Shown here: positions 1 through 12,597 of the stretch, piece by piece | Position numbering within the stretch: position 1 is the first letter of the stretch | How the letters are laid out: each line of letters begins with the position of its first letter | Assembly (NCBI GenBank): GCA_003427395.1 | Contig: BFEA01000025.1 | Location: forward strand, 5,056,435-5,120,434 | Reading direction: 5' to 3' | Origin: Chara braunii | Lineage: Eukaryota; Plantae; Charophyceae | Length of the DNA: 64,000 nucleotides | The notes under the pieces: generated by a model | The model's database searches: none | The model's input: the letters and a program-made list of their open reading frames with translations, nothing else | Told to the model about the DNA's origin: nothing | Position numbers and translations under genes: made by a program

Positions 1-54
<54 letters not shown>

Positions 55-246
55 CGTCTGCCCTCACGGTACTTATAGTGATTAGCTAATATGACAACAC
101 AAAAAAAAAGGGAAAAAAAAAAGTGTGGCGGTGTATATTCCCATCACAAAAAAAAAGAAGAAAATACAAAAAGTGTGGTGGTGTATATTTCCATGTTGTA
201 GCGGACATTCATTCATGAGGCCGGCTGCGAGATTGGAGACTTACCT

Positions 247-301
<55 letters not shown>

Positions 302-333
302 CACACACACACACACAGACACACACACACATT

Positions 334-376
334 TTCAACCCGCTGACGAGTCGCTGAAAGTCCAGTGAAACTCTGG
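334..376 (+). ncRNA. Degenerate hammerhead ribozyme motif, 5' half missing
   Basis: TTCAACCCG-CTGACGA-GTCGC-TGAAAGT-CCAGT-GAAAC; homologous to the 22788-22845 copy. Confidence 0.5.
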
Positions 377-379
377 TAC

Positions 380-418
<39 letters not shown>

Positions 419-610
419 CGTCTGCCCTCACGGTACTTATAGTGATTAGCTAATATGACAACACAAAAAAAAGGGAAAAAAAAAAGTGTGGCGGTGTATA
501 TTCCCATCACAAAAAAAAAAGAAGAAAATAAAAAAAGTGTGGTGGTGTATATTTCCATGTTGTAGCGGACATTCATTCATGAGGCCGGCTGCGAGATTGG
601 AGACCTACCT

Positions 611-645
<35 letters not shown>

Positions 646-679
646 CACACACACACACACAGACACACACACACACATT

Positions 680-722
680 TTCAACCCGCTGACGAGTCGC
701 TGAAAGTCCAATGAAACTCTGG
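680..722 (+). ncRNA. Degenerate hammerhead ribozyme motif, 5' half missing
   Basis: CTGACGA-GTCGC-TGAAAGT-CCAAT-GAAAC, followed by CAGTCATGCTTTTT..GAGTGTATAGCGA.TATGAC shared with 22848-22886. Confidence 0.5.
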
Positions 723-930
723 TNCAGTCATGCTTTTTCAGAGTGTATAGCGAATATGACAACACACACAAGAAAAAGAAGAAGAAAAAAAGGTGCGGCG
801 GTGTATATTTCTGTCACAAAAAAAGAAGAAAAACAAAAAACTCTGGCGGTGTATATTTCCATGTTCTCGTGGGAGATTCATTCGATTTGGAAGTGGCATG
901 AGGCCAACCGCAAGATTGGAGATTACCCGT

Positions 931-1001
<71 letters not shown>

Positions 1002-1191
1002 TGGCAAGTCCGCGGGCGAGCGGGGGCGAAGGCGCGACAGCTGGCGGGCGCAAGTGACGGTGTATATTTCCAGCTGGCGGGCGCAAGTGGCGGTGTATAT
1101 TTCCATGTTGTAACGGGAGATTCAATCGATTTTGCTCCTCCTGTCGGGGGAAGTACCATGAGGCCAGCCACGAGATTGGTAACTTACCTCT

Positions 1192-1260
<69 letters not shown>

Positions 1261-1622
1261 CACAAATGGAAATCCCACGGGCGAGCGGGGGGGGAAGGCG
1301 CGACAGCGGGCGGACGCAAGCGGCGGTGTATATTTCCATGTTGTAGCGGGAGATTCAATCGATTTTGCTCCTCCTGTCGGTGGAAGTACCATGAGGCCAG
1401 CTGCGAGATTGGAAACTTACCTCTTGTTTCTCTCTCTCTCTCACACACACACACACACTCACAAATGGCAATCCCCTGGGTGAGCGGGGGGGGAAGGCGC
1501 GACAGCGGACGGGCGCAAGTGGCGATGTATATTTCCATGTTGTAGCGGGAGATTCAATCGATTTTGCTACTCGTGTTGGTGGAAGCATCATGAGGCCAGC
1601 CTTGAGATTGGAAACTTACCTA

Positions 1623-1655
<33 letters not shown>

Positions 1656-1928
1656 ACACACACACAACACTCACACATGGCAATCCCGTGGGCGAAGGCG
1701 CGACAGCGGGCGGGCGCAAGTGGAGGTGTATATTTCCATGTTGTAGCGGGAGATTCATTCGATTTCGCTACTCCTGTCGGTGGAGGTACCATGACGCCAG
1801 CCGCGAGATTGGAACTTACCTGGCGGTGTATATTTCCATGTTGTAGTGGGAGATTCATTCGATTTTGCTACTCCTGTCGGTGGAAGTACCATGACGCCAG
1901 TCGCGAGATTGGAAACTTACCTGTTGTT

Positions 1929-2031
<103 letters not shown>

Positions 2032-2779
2032 TGGCAATCCCGCAGGCGAGCGGGGGCGAAGGCGCGACTGCGGGAGGGCGGACCCGGTGGCCGCAAAGCA
2101 GGCCTCCCGTTTTTCCCCGGCGGGCGCGAAAGGGCATTCTGCTTTTTCCTAATTGCCTGCGCCGGTTCATGGGCCCGATGGTCGGGGGGAGTTTGGCTCT
2201 GGGCCGCCACCCGAAGTCCCTCACCTGGAGACGGGGTCTTGCACTGGCGTCATGTGAGACCCGGCTTTTCCTTTAGTAGTATAGAGATAATAACTTAATA
2301 ATAATGACTACCGGTAGTTCTCTATTTGCCTCTGTAATCTTGCCACGTTCCCGCGCTTTGCTAGGAACATCCGGGCGGGCAAATAATCGGGGGAAACTTT
2401 TCGGGTTAATAAATAATGGAGAGAATCATGTTATAGACCTCTGGAAGAAGAGCATAGAATGCATTGGGTCAGCTCCATGGCAATAAACGTTCGGCCAGTG
2501 TTATGCATGAGCGCCGGCAGAGAGCGCTGCAGCAAAATGGCCACGTCAGGCAGAGCAGCATGCAGTGCCTGCCTTGCACGTGACCCAGAGCTGGAATCCG
2601 GCGCAGTACAGGGAGAGGTGGAGGGTGGTCAGGGTAGTTCAGGCAAGGAGAGCGGTAGTGGGAATCAGTGGGTACCATGCAAGGTCCTACCAAACGAATT
2701 GTTTTGGCAGAGAGACACCCTTAGATGAAAGAGTGGGGGTATTTTAATCAATCTTGGTATGGTCACTGATGGCCACCAC

Positions 2780-4430
2780 CCACCTATGAGAAGAACTGTC
2801 CAGTGGTAAGTATGCATATCGTGATTTACGTGGGCTTGAATCTCCTCTGGTAACTCCGGAGAGGGTTCTTGTTTTCCATCTGCAGGGCCGGGCTCGTTCG
2901 CCATCATCAAGGTGGTTTTTATTTGCCATCTGCAAAAGATGGTTTTTATTTTTTCTTCTTTTTATTTTATTTTTAAAGGGCAACGGCCTTGAGAGATCAT
3001 CATTGAGCTGGCCGGCTCCAGAAATTCAGAAATATTCGGTTTTACAGGTTTACTCATCAAGCAGGTTCCATCATCATCTGGATCCGAACTCGGGTCTGTC
3101 TGTATCTCAACAGTTAATGGGTGTGCCCACTGAGGTAGGCTCTTGGGTTAAAAGGTGGTTTTTTGTTGCCAGCTGCAAGGGTTTTTTTGTTTGCTATCTG
3201 CAAGGCCCGGAGCACTCTGTGAATCTGCAGTTGCTTTGCTGCCAAACTGTTCTTGCAGAATACAACAGGTCGGCTTGTTGACTCTGAATTTCTGAATTGA
3301 TGGAAATGTGAAGTTCAGGAAAGTCAGTCAGTGCGCGCGCGAGACCGTAAATTCCTGGAGAAAGTTACATGTGGGATACCAGTAGTGCTGATCGTCGTGA
3401 TTCATGTGGGATGGAATCTCCAGAAACTTTGAAGATGGTTCACGATTGCCATCTGCAGGGTTGGTCTCGTTTGCCATCTGCAAGCTGGTTTTCGTTTGCC
3501 AACTGAATCCACAGAGTGCACAGTTGAGCCTCCATCCCTCCCCCTCCTCCCCCCCCGGCAACCCACCAATCCCCCAGCACCCCTTCCCTTTCTTTTTTTC
3601 TCCTTTACGTTGTGTTTTTTGTGGGCGAAGCCGCAACAGGTACCCTTGTTGAAGATGGTTCTTGTTTGCCATCTGCAGGTTGGGGGTCTCGTTTGCCATC
3701 TGCAAGGGGGTTTTAGAACTCTTTTGTTTGCCGTCTGCAAGGCCCGAAGCACTCTGTGAATCTGCAGTCGCTTTGCTGCCAAACTGTTCTTGCAGAATAC
3801 AACAGGTTGGCTTGTTGACTCTGAATGGATGGAATCTGAACTTCAGGTCAATCAGTGCTCGAGACCGTAAATTTCTGAGGAAAGCTGATGTGGAATTCTC
3901 GCAGTGCGTATTGTGATTCACGTGGGCTCGAATCTCCATTAACTACGACGATAGTTTTTGTTTGCCACCTGCAAGGCCCGAAGCACTCTGTGGATCTGCA
4001 GTCGCTTTGCTGCCAAACTGTTCTTGCAGAACACGGCGGGCCAGCTTGTTGACTCGGTATGGATGGAATCTGAACTTCAGGTCAATCAGTGCGCGTGACC
4101 GTAAATTTCTGGAGAAAGTCGATGTGGAACACTAGCAGCGTTTATTGTGATTCATGGGGGCTTGAGTCTCCAGTAACTATGAAGGTAGAGTCTCCAGTAA
4201 CTACGAAGGTAGTCTCCAGTAACTACGAAGGTAGAATCTCCAGTAACTAGGAAGGTAGTTTTCGTTGCCGTCTGCAAGGCCCGAAGCACTCTGTGGATAT
4301 TCAGTAGCTTCGCTGCAAAGCTGTTCTTGCAGAGTACAGCAGGTCAGTTTGTTGACTCTGGATGGATGGATGGAATCTGAACTTCAGGTCAATCAGTATG
4401 CGACACAGTAAATTTCCGGAGAAAGTTTAA
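2780..4430. repeat. Tandem repeat, about 240-300 bp unit, with an internal about 22-bp sub-array (4167-4258)
   Basis: GCAAGGCCCG(A/G)AGCACTCTGTG...CAAACTGTTCTTGCAGAA...TCAATCAGTG at about 3200, 3737, 3971, 4274. Confidence 0.85.
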
Positions 4431-4927
4431 TGTGTACCACCACCGTTCCAGTACTGATCTTATCATTTTAGTAATCTCTGATTGTTAACCAAAATAGGTT
4501 CAGGTTGTGGTGCCCAATCTTCATTCCTCTTCGTGGAGAGTCGTGGTTCTCTGCACCTCCTTCCTTGGCAAAGTGTGTACTGGTTATAGGCCTTCCTGGC
4601 AAGTTGGACTGGAGCCGAAGGGCAAAAAGACAACAAAATGCCCGGAGGAAGTTCAAGAAGAACGCTCGAGGGGGTAGGTGCTGGTGTGTTGTCCTGCGCA
4701 GGAATCTGTTAAGTTTCGTCCCTTTGTGAAAACACGTTGGGATTTGGCGTGTGCGAAAGACCCGACTAAAAAAGACGCTTGTGGATTGTGGCCATGTTTT
4801 CTGGACAGGTGGATGCCAATTGCAGGCTTCTCTGTGGTTTGAGCCATCGGTCATCTGCGAGGAACAAGCCCTCACGGGGCTCTATCAGACATCACATGTT
4901 CTGGGCAAAGGCCCCCAGCAAGCCAAG

Positions 4928-5412
4928 TGCCCGCCCTAAGTGAAGGTGGGCCTGAATATTCGTCAAAGGCCAAAATTTGACACCTTCATGTGTGGGTATT
5001 CAGGCTCTTGCAGCACGCCAGTTGGTTGAATGGACGCGCGAGCCTCACTAAGCTGCGACGTACAGTTGGCCCAGGCCTTGACAGTTGTGCCTGGGCACAT
5101 ACACACAAAGCAGGGCCGATACATTGAGAAGCAGGCCCTTGGCCTAGGCAAAAGCAGTACTGTCGACGCACCTATCGGGGATCCCTGCACAGATGCAGCA
5201 AACAGCCCAAGTTCGGAGACTCAGGCCATGCCCAACTGTAAATGGGGCCTAGGCCCTTAACTGTAGGCTCGGTCCTGGGCGCAGGGACTGAGGCCCAACC
5301 GGAAGCTACTGGAAAGCTTCCTGCCAGGCCACACGCAGCATCCAGGAGGCTGCCACTTCCATAAAAGAAGTGAGGCAGCCCAGGTCAGGCATTCTGGCCT
5401 GCGTACGCAATG
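4928..5412 (+). repeat. 5' LTR, truncated at its 3' side
   Basis: Aligns with 10680-11160, then diverges directly into gag-like sequence. Confidence 0.85.
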
Positions 5413-5675
5413 TGTAGGCACCCGGGAGCAGATGGAGCTCCAGCAAGTGGAAAGGATTCACTTAAGGCTAGAGGAGGAACTTAAACAGGCTACTAAAAGA
5501 GGAAGAGATTAGAGACAGGAGTGTCAGGCTAGAGGGTAGGGAGGCAGACAAAGCTGCACTAGAGGGGTAAGATGACTCGACCTTTAGCAATACTGAAAAT
5601 ATTTTTAAGGCGAGCATCCTATCCATGCACGCATACATGGACAACTAACTGGATACAATCCAGATCCAGGACACC

Positions 5676-8600
5676 TTGGACCAGATCTTGAACGCCATGC
5701 ACAAGCCAGGAATCAGGCCAGCAGTTTTGCCATCGCTGCCATTCTCAGCAATGACAGGGCCCTATGCCGCTCAGTCCGGACCATCACCAAGTGGTACTTC
5801 GGCAGCAGCTCTATCGCAGACCGTTGCTTCTTCATCTTCTGGTCCAGCGGCTGGAGGTACACCACAACCGCCACCTGTCTCGGCAGTGGGACAGCAGCAA
5901 CCTTGGTACCCCAAGACCCCTTTGAAACCACCTCCGACCTTCTCAGGAGGTAAGAAGGATGAGGCACTCGACACTTGGTTGAGNNNNNNNNNNNNNNNNN
6001 NNNNNNNNNNNNNNNNNNNNNNNNNNNNNNNNNNNNNNNNNNNNNNNNNNNNNNNNNNNNNNNNNNNNNNNNNNNNNNNNNNNNNNNNNNNNNNNNNNNN
6101 NNNNNNNNNNNNNNNNNNNNNNNNNNNNNNNNNNNNNNNNNNNNNNNNNNNNNNNNNNNNNNNNNNNNNNNNNNNNNNNNNNNNNNNNNNNNNNNNNNNN
6201 NNNNNNNNNNNNNNNNNNNNNNNNNNNNNNNNNNNNNNNNNNNNNNNNNNNNNNNNNNNNNNNNNNNNNNNNNNNNNNCCTTTGAAACCACCTCCGACCT
6301 TCTCAGGAGGTAAGAAGGATGAGGCACTCGACACTTGGTTGAGAACGGTTCCAGTGTGGGTCAGGGCGAAGAGGACGCTGGTAGAGGAGGTGATTACTGT
6401 TGCATCCTACTTAGAGGGTTCAGCAACTCGCTGGCTAAATGGATTAGTAGCTTCCAAAGGGTTCGACAGAAACATGGATTTAGTGGCGGCACGATGGCAC
6501 AACCCTCAGCAGGCGCAGATTGCCATTGATGGGCTACTAGAACGTGACTCTAGGAAAAGTCCGTGAGAGAGCTGGCGACAACCGTAGAGTGGTTGATTGT
6601 CGTTCCAGGAGTGGAGTATAATCCATAGGTCTTATTGACCATGTTCTTGAGATGTTTTCCCATAGACATAAAAAACCTCTTAGCTACGCTGGGTCGTGCT
6701 CAAACCCCCTCTACGGATGAAAGAAAGAAGAAGAGTGCACAAGAATGGAAGAAGAAGGGTAGTCGAGTGATGATGGTTGATTTCGAGGAATCAAACTGAG
6801 ATCGATGATGTTTCTGAGCTTGTGGAGGGACCAAAGTTAGACGGCGAGGAGAGTGCTGAGGGTAGCAACCTCGCCGCTGTAATTATGACTAAGGCAGGTG
6901 GCCGCAGCAAGGGCGGTCAGCAAAGGAGTCAAGGGCAAGCCGCGAACCCAAACAAAATAGCTGCTTGGGGTAGAGCAGGTTTGGATCAAGAAGTGTGGCG
7001 GGACCGTTGGCAGCGTGAGGCTTGCATAAACTGGGCGAGTATGGCCATCAACAGTTTAAATGCAAGAACGCGAAGGTTTCGCAGAAGATCCCGCCTAAGG
7101 GTGGGTATCCTTCTTCTCTGTCTGGGGCCTCTACGAGATTCAGCTCGGGAAACACTTAGGGCTAGTAGAAGTTGTAGCTGCTTCTACTCTCGTTGAAGTA
7201 GGTGATGTACGCTCCCCGTTTTAAAAGTTGGCCGAAGCTATTTGAAGCCTTAGAGGACCTTCAAGGTGAGTGGTCGACAAGGGACCCTCGTGAGTCCTGG
7301 GTGGCACTGAGTAGAGGTCCTAGAGGGGGGCACTTCGTTGTGGAAGTTGGTGTGGGTGGCCGCAAGTGCGGTGCCTTCGTAGACATTGACTCCACACGGA
7401 ACCTCATAAGTCGTGACTGTGTTGAGAGACTGCGCCTAAAGGACTGGGTGCATCGCCTGAGTTGACCGGTAGCATCTTCTCTGGCCAACAAAGAATGCAT
7501 GTTGGTGGACTACGTGAAAGACGTGGTCTGCACTTTCTCCTACCCAGGAGGAGAGTTAAATCATAAGATGTCATTCCTGGTGAGCGACTATTTGCCTTTC
7601 GACATGTTGTTGGGCATGAACTACCTCGAGGTTGCCAAACCCTAGTTTGATTGGGACAAGGTGTTGAAGCAGGAGTTGCCTAATGGGAGGACCGTTCGAC
7701 TGGCCGAGTATAAAGCCAGTAGGTTAATAGACTCCTATGGGTGCTTATGCGCACTTTCGTTCTATAACTATTATAAACAGAACCAAAAGGAAGGAATGTA
7801 CTTAGTCTCTGTCTCTGCAAAAGTGGAGGCCCTTAAAACACCCCCAGAGATAGAGACCAAGAGGAGGGAATGTACTTAGTCTTTGTCTCTGCAAAAGTGG
7901 AGGCCGTTAACCCCCCCCCCAGAGATAGAGATCATCGTCGCTAAGTACCCCGATCTGTTTGAGGAGCCTACAGGAGTCATAGTCAGGGAGGTTGTCCATG
8001 CCATAGAGATCATCCTAGGTAGCAAGACACCTAAAGGAAGAATCTATAGGATGACTCGGACCGAGTTGGACGAGCTTCGGCGACAACTGAAAGAGCTCAC
8101 AGAGAAGGGGTGGATTCGGCCTAGCACCTCCCCCTTTGGCTCACCAGTCTTATTTGTTCCAAAGAAAGGGGGAACACTAAGGATGTGCATTGATTATAGA
8201 GGCCTCAATGCCATCACCGTTAAGAACGCAAAGCCTCTACCACGCATCGACGACCTATTGTATAGGGTGCAGGGGTGTAAGTACTATACCAAGATAGAGT
8301 TAAAATCCGGCTACCATCAGATTGCCATAAGACCAGAGGACCAGTACGAAACCGTATTCCAGACCAGGTACAGTCTGTACAAGTTTGTGGTGATGCCCTT
8401 TGGCTTTTGCAATGCGCCGGGTACATTCCAACACACCATGAATAGGATCTTCCATGACTACTTGGATAAGTTCGTTGTCGACATACTTATCTTTAGTAAG
8501 ACTGTCGAGGAGCATGCTCAGCATGTAGACAAGGTACTTTCACTCCTTCGACAAAACAAGTATAAGATAAACCTAGAGAAATGTGAATTATTGGGAATGT

Positions 8601-10646
8601 GTGTTTATTACCGCAACTTCATAAAAAATTACAGCATGATCACATCTCCCTTGACTGATCTAACTCGACTTGATACACCTTGGGATTGGACCGACGAGTG
8701 TGAGGCATCTTTCAAGCGTTTAAAGCATGCGCTCACACACCATGAAGTTCTCATGGTACTCGACCCGCAAAGGCCATTTGATTGTAACCACTGACACAAG
8801 CCAATATGGCATTGGTGCAGTGCTGGCTCAGTAGGAAGGGAAAAAGTTGAGACCGGTCGAGTATATGAGTAAAAAGATGCCATCAAAGAAGTTGGCAAAG
8901 TCCACCTACGAGAGTGAACTCTATGCTCTCTACAAGGCACTTGTCCACTGGAGGCGCTATCTGTTAGGAAGGTTCTTCTACTTGAAAAGTGACCATCAGA
9001 CCCTCAAGTGGATCAAAACCCAACCAGTTCTCTCGGATGCACTAAAAGGCTGGATTGAAGTCATAGATCAGTACGACTTCAAACTAGACTATGTGAAGGG
9101 AGAGTACAACAAGGTTGCGGATGCGTTGTCTCGCAGGGCAGATTACCTAGGTGCGCTGATTTCCGAGATGGCTTATCTGAGGACGTTACTCGATCTTCGG
9201 GGGAAGCCTACAAGGAAGATCCCATCACGATGGACATCGTCAACAAACTTCAGGCCAAAGATAAGGCCATCACTGACCAGTTTGTGATGGTTGATGGGTT
9301 ACTCTTTCTTGAAAAGGCAGGGTTTAAGAGGTTAATTATTCCATCTAGGGAAATTTTGTGTAGTTTATTTTTAGGTGAGTGCCACGACGCATTTCGGCTA
9401 TAAGAAGACTAGTGATAACTTAGTACAACGATTCTGGTGGCCTAACATGCTGGACGATGTAAAGAAGTACGTACAGACCTGTCAGGTCTGTCAGCGGGAC
9501 AAGCCGCGGGCTCAAGCTCCACTTGGGTACTCAAGCCTCTACCCATTCCTGCTGGCCCAGGGCAGAGTATCTCCATGGACTTCATGGATACTTTCGTGAT
9601 GAGCAAGAATGGCAAGAGGCACATCTTCGTCATAGTGGATAGGTTCACTAATAATTGCCATGGCGGAGACTGCCAGGACTGAGCACGTCATCAAGTTGTT
9701 CATGGACAACTGGGTGTGTGACTTTGGACTGCCAAAGACCATTGTTAGTGATAGAGATGTCCGGTTTACCAGTGAGATGTTGAAGAAGGCCGCTGAACAG
9801 ATGGGCAGCCAGCTTCAGATGACTTCTGGGAATCATCCTGAAGCGAATGGGCAGGCTGAACAGATGAACCGGGTGGTGCAGCATCTGCCGAGGCATTACA
9901 TCAAGCCCAGCCAGGATGACTGGAACGAGAAACTACCTCTCATCGCCAGGCTGTAAAACAATGCTGTACATAGCACCACCGACATCAGCACTAATCAACT
10001 GCATCTGGGATGGAAGCCTAGATCTGCTAGTCTTCCTCCTGCCTGAAAACCGAACTGCTGCAACTCCTGGAACCATTGAATTTGGTGTCCAGTATGAGCA
10101 ATTATTGCAGCAGACTGTCGAACACATCAAGAAATCGCAGCAAGCCATGATTGCTTCTGAGAACAAGCATCGCCGACAGTCCACATTTCAGGTAGGGGAT
10201 TGTATCTGGGTCAAGGCTATTGAGTTGGGACAGGAGTTTGGCATCTCTAGGAAACTAATGCCTCAGTATTTTGGTCCCTGGGAAGTCTTAGATATTGTGG
10301 GGAACGATTTGGATGGTCCCTCATACGTCATTTGTATCCCTGGTCACCTACGCACTTACCCTGTTTTTCACGTCTCCAAGCTTGCACCTTTTGCTGAGAC
10401 AGCACAGTTCCCATCACGGAGATCTATGCTGCCCCCAACCATGGATGGCCATGTGGACGTCGACGGTATTCTGGACCACAGAGACATGCCTGTTCCCAAG
10501 CCAACTGCAGAGGTAGACCTCCTAAACCTGCAAGTCATACTGATCCTAAGGAAGATCGATGGATTCCAAGGGAGGAACTTGTGAAGACAGCTCCTCAGAT
10601 CGTGGCAGAATATGAGAAGAAACTTAAGGGGAAGGCACCAGCATGA
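5676..10646 (+). pseudogene. gag-pol pseudogene of the gypsy element
   Basis: ORF fragments 5676-6566, 7202-7465, 7883-8794, 8847-9287, 9375-9956, 9916-10584; the RT catalytic YxDD is deleted (DKFVV^DILIFS). Confidence 0.93.
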
Positions 10647-10679
10647 AGCATCTCAGCGGACTTTCAAAACTAAGGGGGA

Positions 10680-11725
10680 TGCCCTGAGTGAAGGCGGGCC
10701 TGAATATTCGTCAAAGGCCAAAATTTGACACCTTCATATGTGGGTATTCAGGCTCTTGCACCACGCCAGTTGGTTGAATGGACGAGCGAGCCTCACTAAG
10801 CTGCGTCGTACAGTTGGCCCAGGCCTTGACAGTTGCGCCTGGGCACATACACACAAAGCAGGGCCGATACATTGAGAAGCAGGCCCTCGACCTAGGCAAA
10901 AGCAGTACTGTCGACGCACCTATCGGGGATCCCTGCACAGATGCAGCAAACAGCCCAAGTCCGGAGACTTAGGCCGTGCCCAACTGGAAATGGGGCCCAG
11001 GCCCTCAACTGTAGGCTTGGACCTGGGCGCAGGGACTGAGGCCCAACCGGAAGCTACTGGAAGCTTCCTGCCAGGCCACACCCAGCATCCAGGAGGCTGC
11101 CGCTTCCATAAAAGAAGTGAGGCAGCCCAGGTCAGGCATTCTGGCCTGCGTAGGCAATGCGGAAGTGCTGCTGCGCTACTGCTTGCTGCTGCACTGCGCC
11201 CAAGGGCGCTGACGGGGCGCACAGAGGTGAAGTTGGGCGCTCCAGGGTAGCGGGGCGCAAGCAGCCATAGCCTATGGCTGCTGGGCGCCAGGGGGTGAGC
11301 AGGGTGATCTGGTGGTCTTCAGGGAAGGAGGCGAGTGTGGGGTTATGAAGGTTTGATTGAGGGTGACGAGATACGTACCCGGTGCATGAAGAGAGGTCGG
11401 CTGTGGTGTTGACAGTCATGTACATTGGTCTTCGAGAGTCTAAGTGAGCCTGTTGTGTGAACACAGCTGTAGGTAGGATAGTCGGGTAGAGTAGGCTGGG
11501 TGCTGGGCGCCAGACAGAGAGGAGCGACTTTGGATACTGTGTTGGTGTGGCCTATGGGCTTGAACATTGACTCGTTACTTCATTGTATGGATGGTTTCTC
11601 GGTGCATTTGTACTCTCTGCTTGGACACGACTACTTGGACATCTGTGTGATTTTGCAACTTGGTTTTCTGTATATCGTTCACAATCATATTCCTTGCACA
11701 TCTTTGTCAACTGGAAGGGCTTACA
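10680..11725 (+). repeat. 3' LTR
   Basis: Starts with TG directly after the PPT; probable end GGGCTTACA at 11725 (end less certain, no clean TSD). Confidence 0.75.
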
Positions 11726-11769
11726 TGCAAATCAGGTGTATGCAGTTCTGAAAGTGACCCATAGTATGC

Positions 11770-11873
11770 TAACGTCTTCACCCGAATAGAACGGCCGGTC
11801 ATTATCTCTGCATTCTGGACTCAAAGTTATGCCAAATACAGTTATAATGACCGGGCATCGGGTGAAGACGGTA
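11770..11873. mobile_element. About 105-bp MITE, TA-flanked (Tc1/mariner-pogo-like)
   Basis: TA-aCGTCTTCACCCGAATAGAACG...TCGGGTGAAGACGG-TA; same family as 16420 and 30258. Confidence 0.8.
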
Positions 11874-12526
11874 GGAGTACAAGGGGCCCATACATCCATA
11901 TATGGTGTGTGCAATTCCGAGGCTGCCCCTTGAGAAACTTCCAAAAGGGAAGTTGGCTCGGGGGCAGAAGCACGCTGGGGACTGACGGGCTCTTGGCTAT
12001 CTGACACGCCAAATTTCCAGTGTATTCGTTTCAAGTCCAGAAGCGCTGTGTCCCTAGCGGATGTCTTACCCGTGAGTTGTGCCTTGTTTTAAAAGATAAA
12101 TGCACCAACTAATCTATGACCAGGACAGCCCTTTCGATTGTATTTGTAAATCTTCGCAACATCTGTTTGTTGATTCGCCGCATGGAACTTCTGAATTTCA
12201 GGAAAGAAGCTTGAAGTGTGCAGTAACAGGAATGGCGTAGGGAATCCAAATATATTGTTTTTATTTTTGGGTTGTTGAAGAACATCCCTTACAGTGAGTA
12301 AACCTTGCATGTACGGAAAGATGCAAGCGACAGAAGGTGCGCACTTGTATGTGCGTGATTGCTATTCGTTTTGTGTGTGCATGATTACTACTCGAAGGGT
12401 GCTTGCATGATGGGGTCTCGTCGATATTTGAGCTTGAATCCAGTTCAGTCAAGTGTGGGCGTGCATGGTGTATATATTCTCTGATAGTGTGGTGATTTCG
12501 GGGTGGTTTTATGTTTTCTTGCACAG

Positions 12527-12597
12527 TAAAAGAGCGAGCGGGTTTGATATGGCTCCGGCAGGTGTGCAGGTTCTTCCTCCGGGCGCTCTTCCAACAG
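12527..12597 (+). CDS. U2AF65: U2AF large subunit exon (KRASGFDMAPAGVQVLPPGALPT); first exon visible in the window
   Basis: SGFDMAP motif of plant U2AF65 after the RS domain; TTTTCTTGCACAG acceptor, GTATGT donor. Confidence 0.88.

Larger units (their letters stand above)
4928..11725 (+). mobile_element. Degenerate Ty3/gypsy LTR retrotransposon (chromovirus type)
   Basis: Direct LTRs; gag (PPTFSG), frameshifted CCHC knuckle near 7020-7063, protease near 7370, RT (WIRPSTSPFGSPVLFVPKK, LRMCIDYRGLN), RNase H (ELYA, SDHQTL), integrase (HFG..CQVC, IVSDRD, HPEANGQAE, FGPW), chromodomain 10453-10615; polypurine tract AAAACTAAGGGGGA; many stops and frameshifts. Confidence 0.95.

Noticed and set aside
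5919-6343. Direct repeats flanking N gaps (also 48443-48812 and 58675-58822)
   Set aside because: Identical sequence on both sides of a gap indicates unmerged contig overlap
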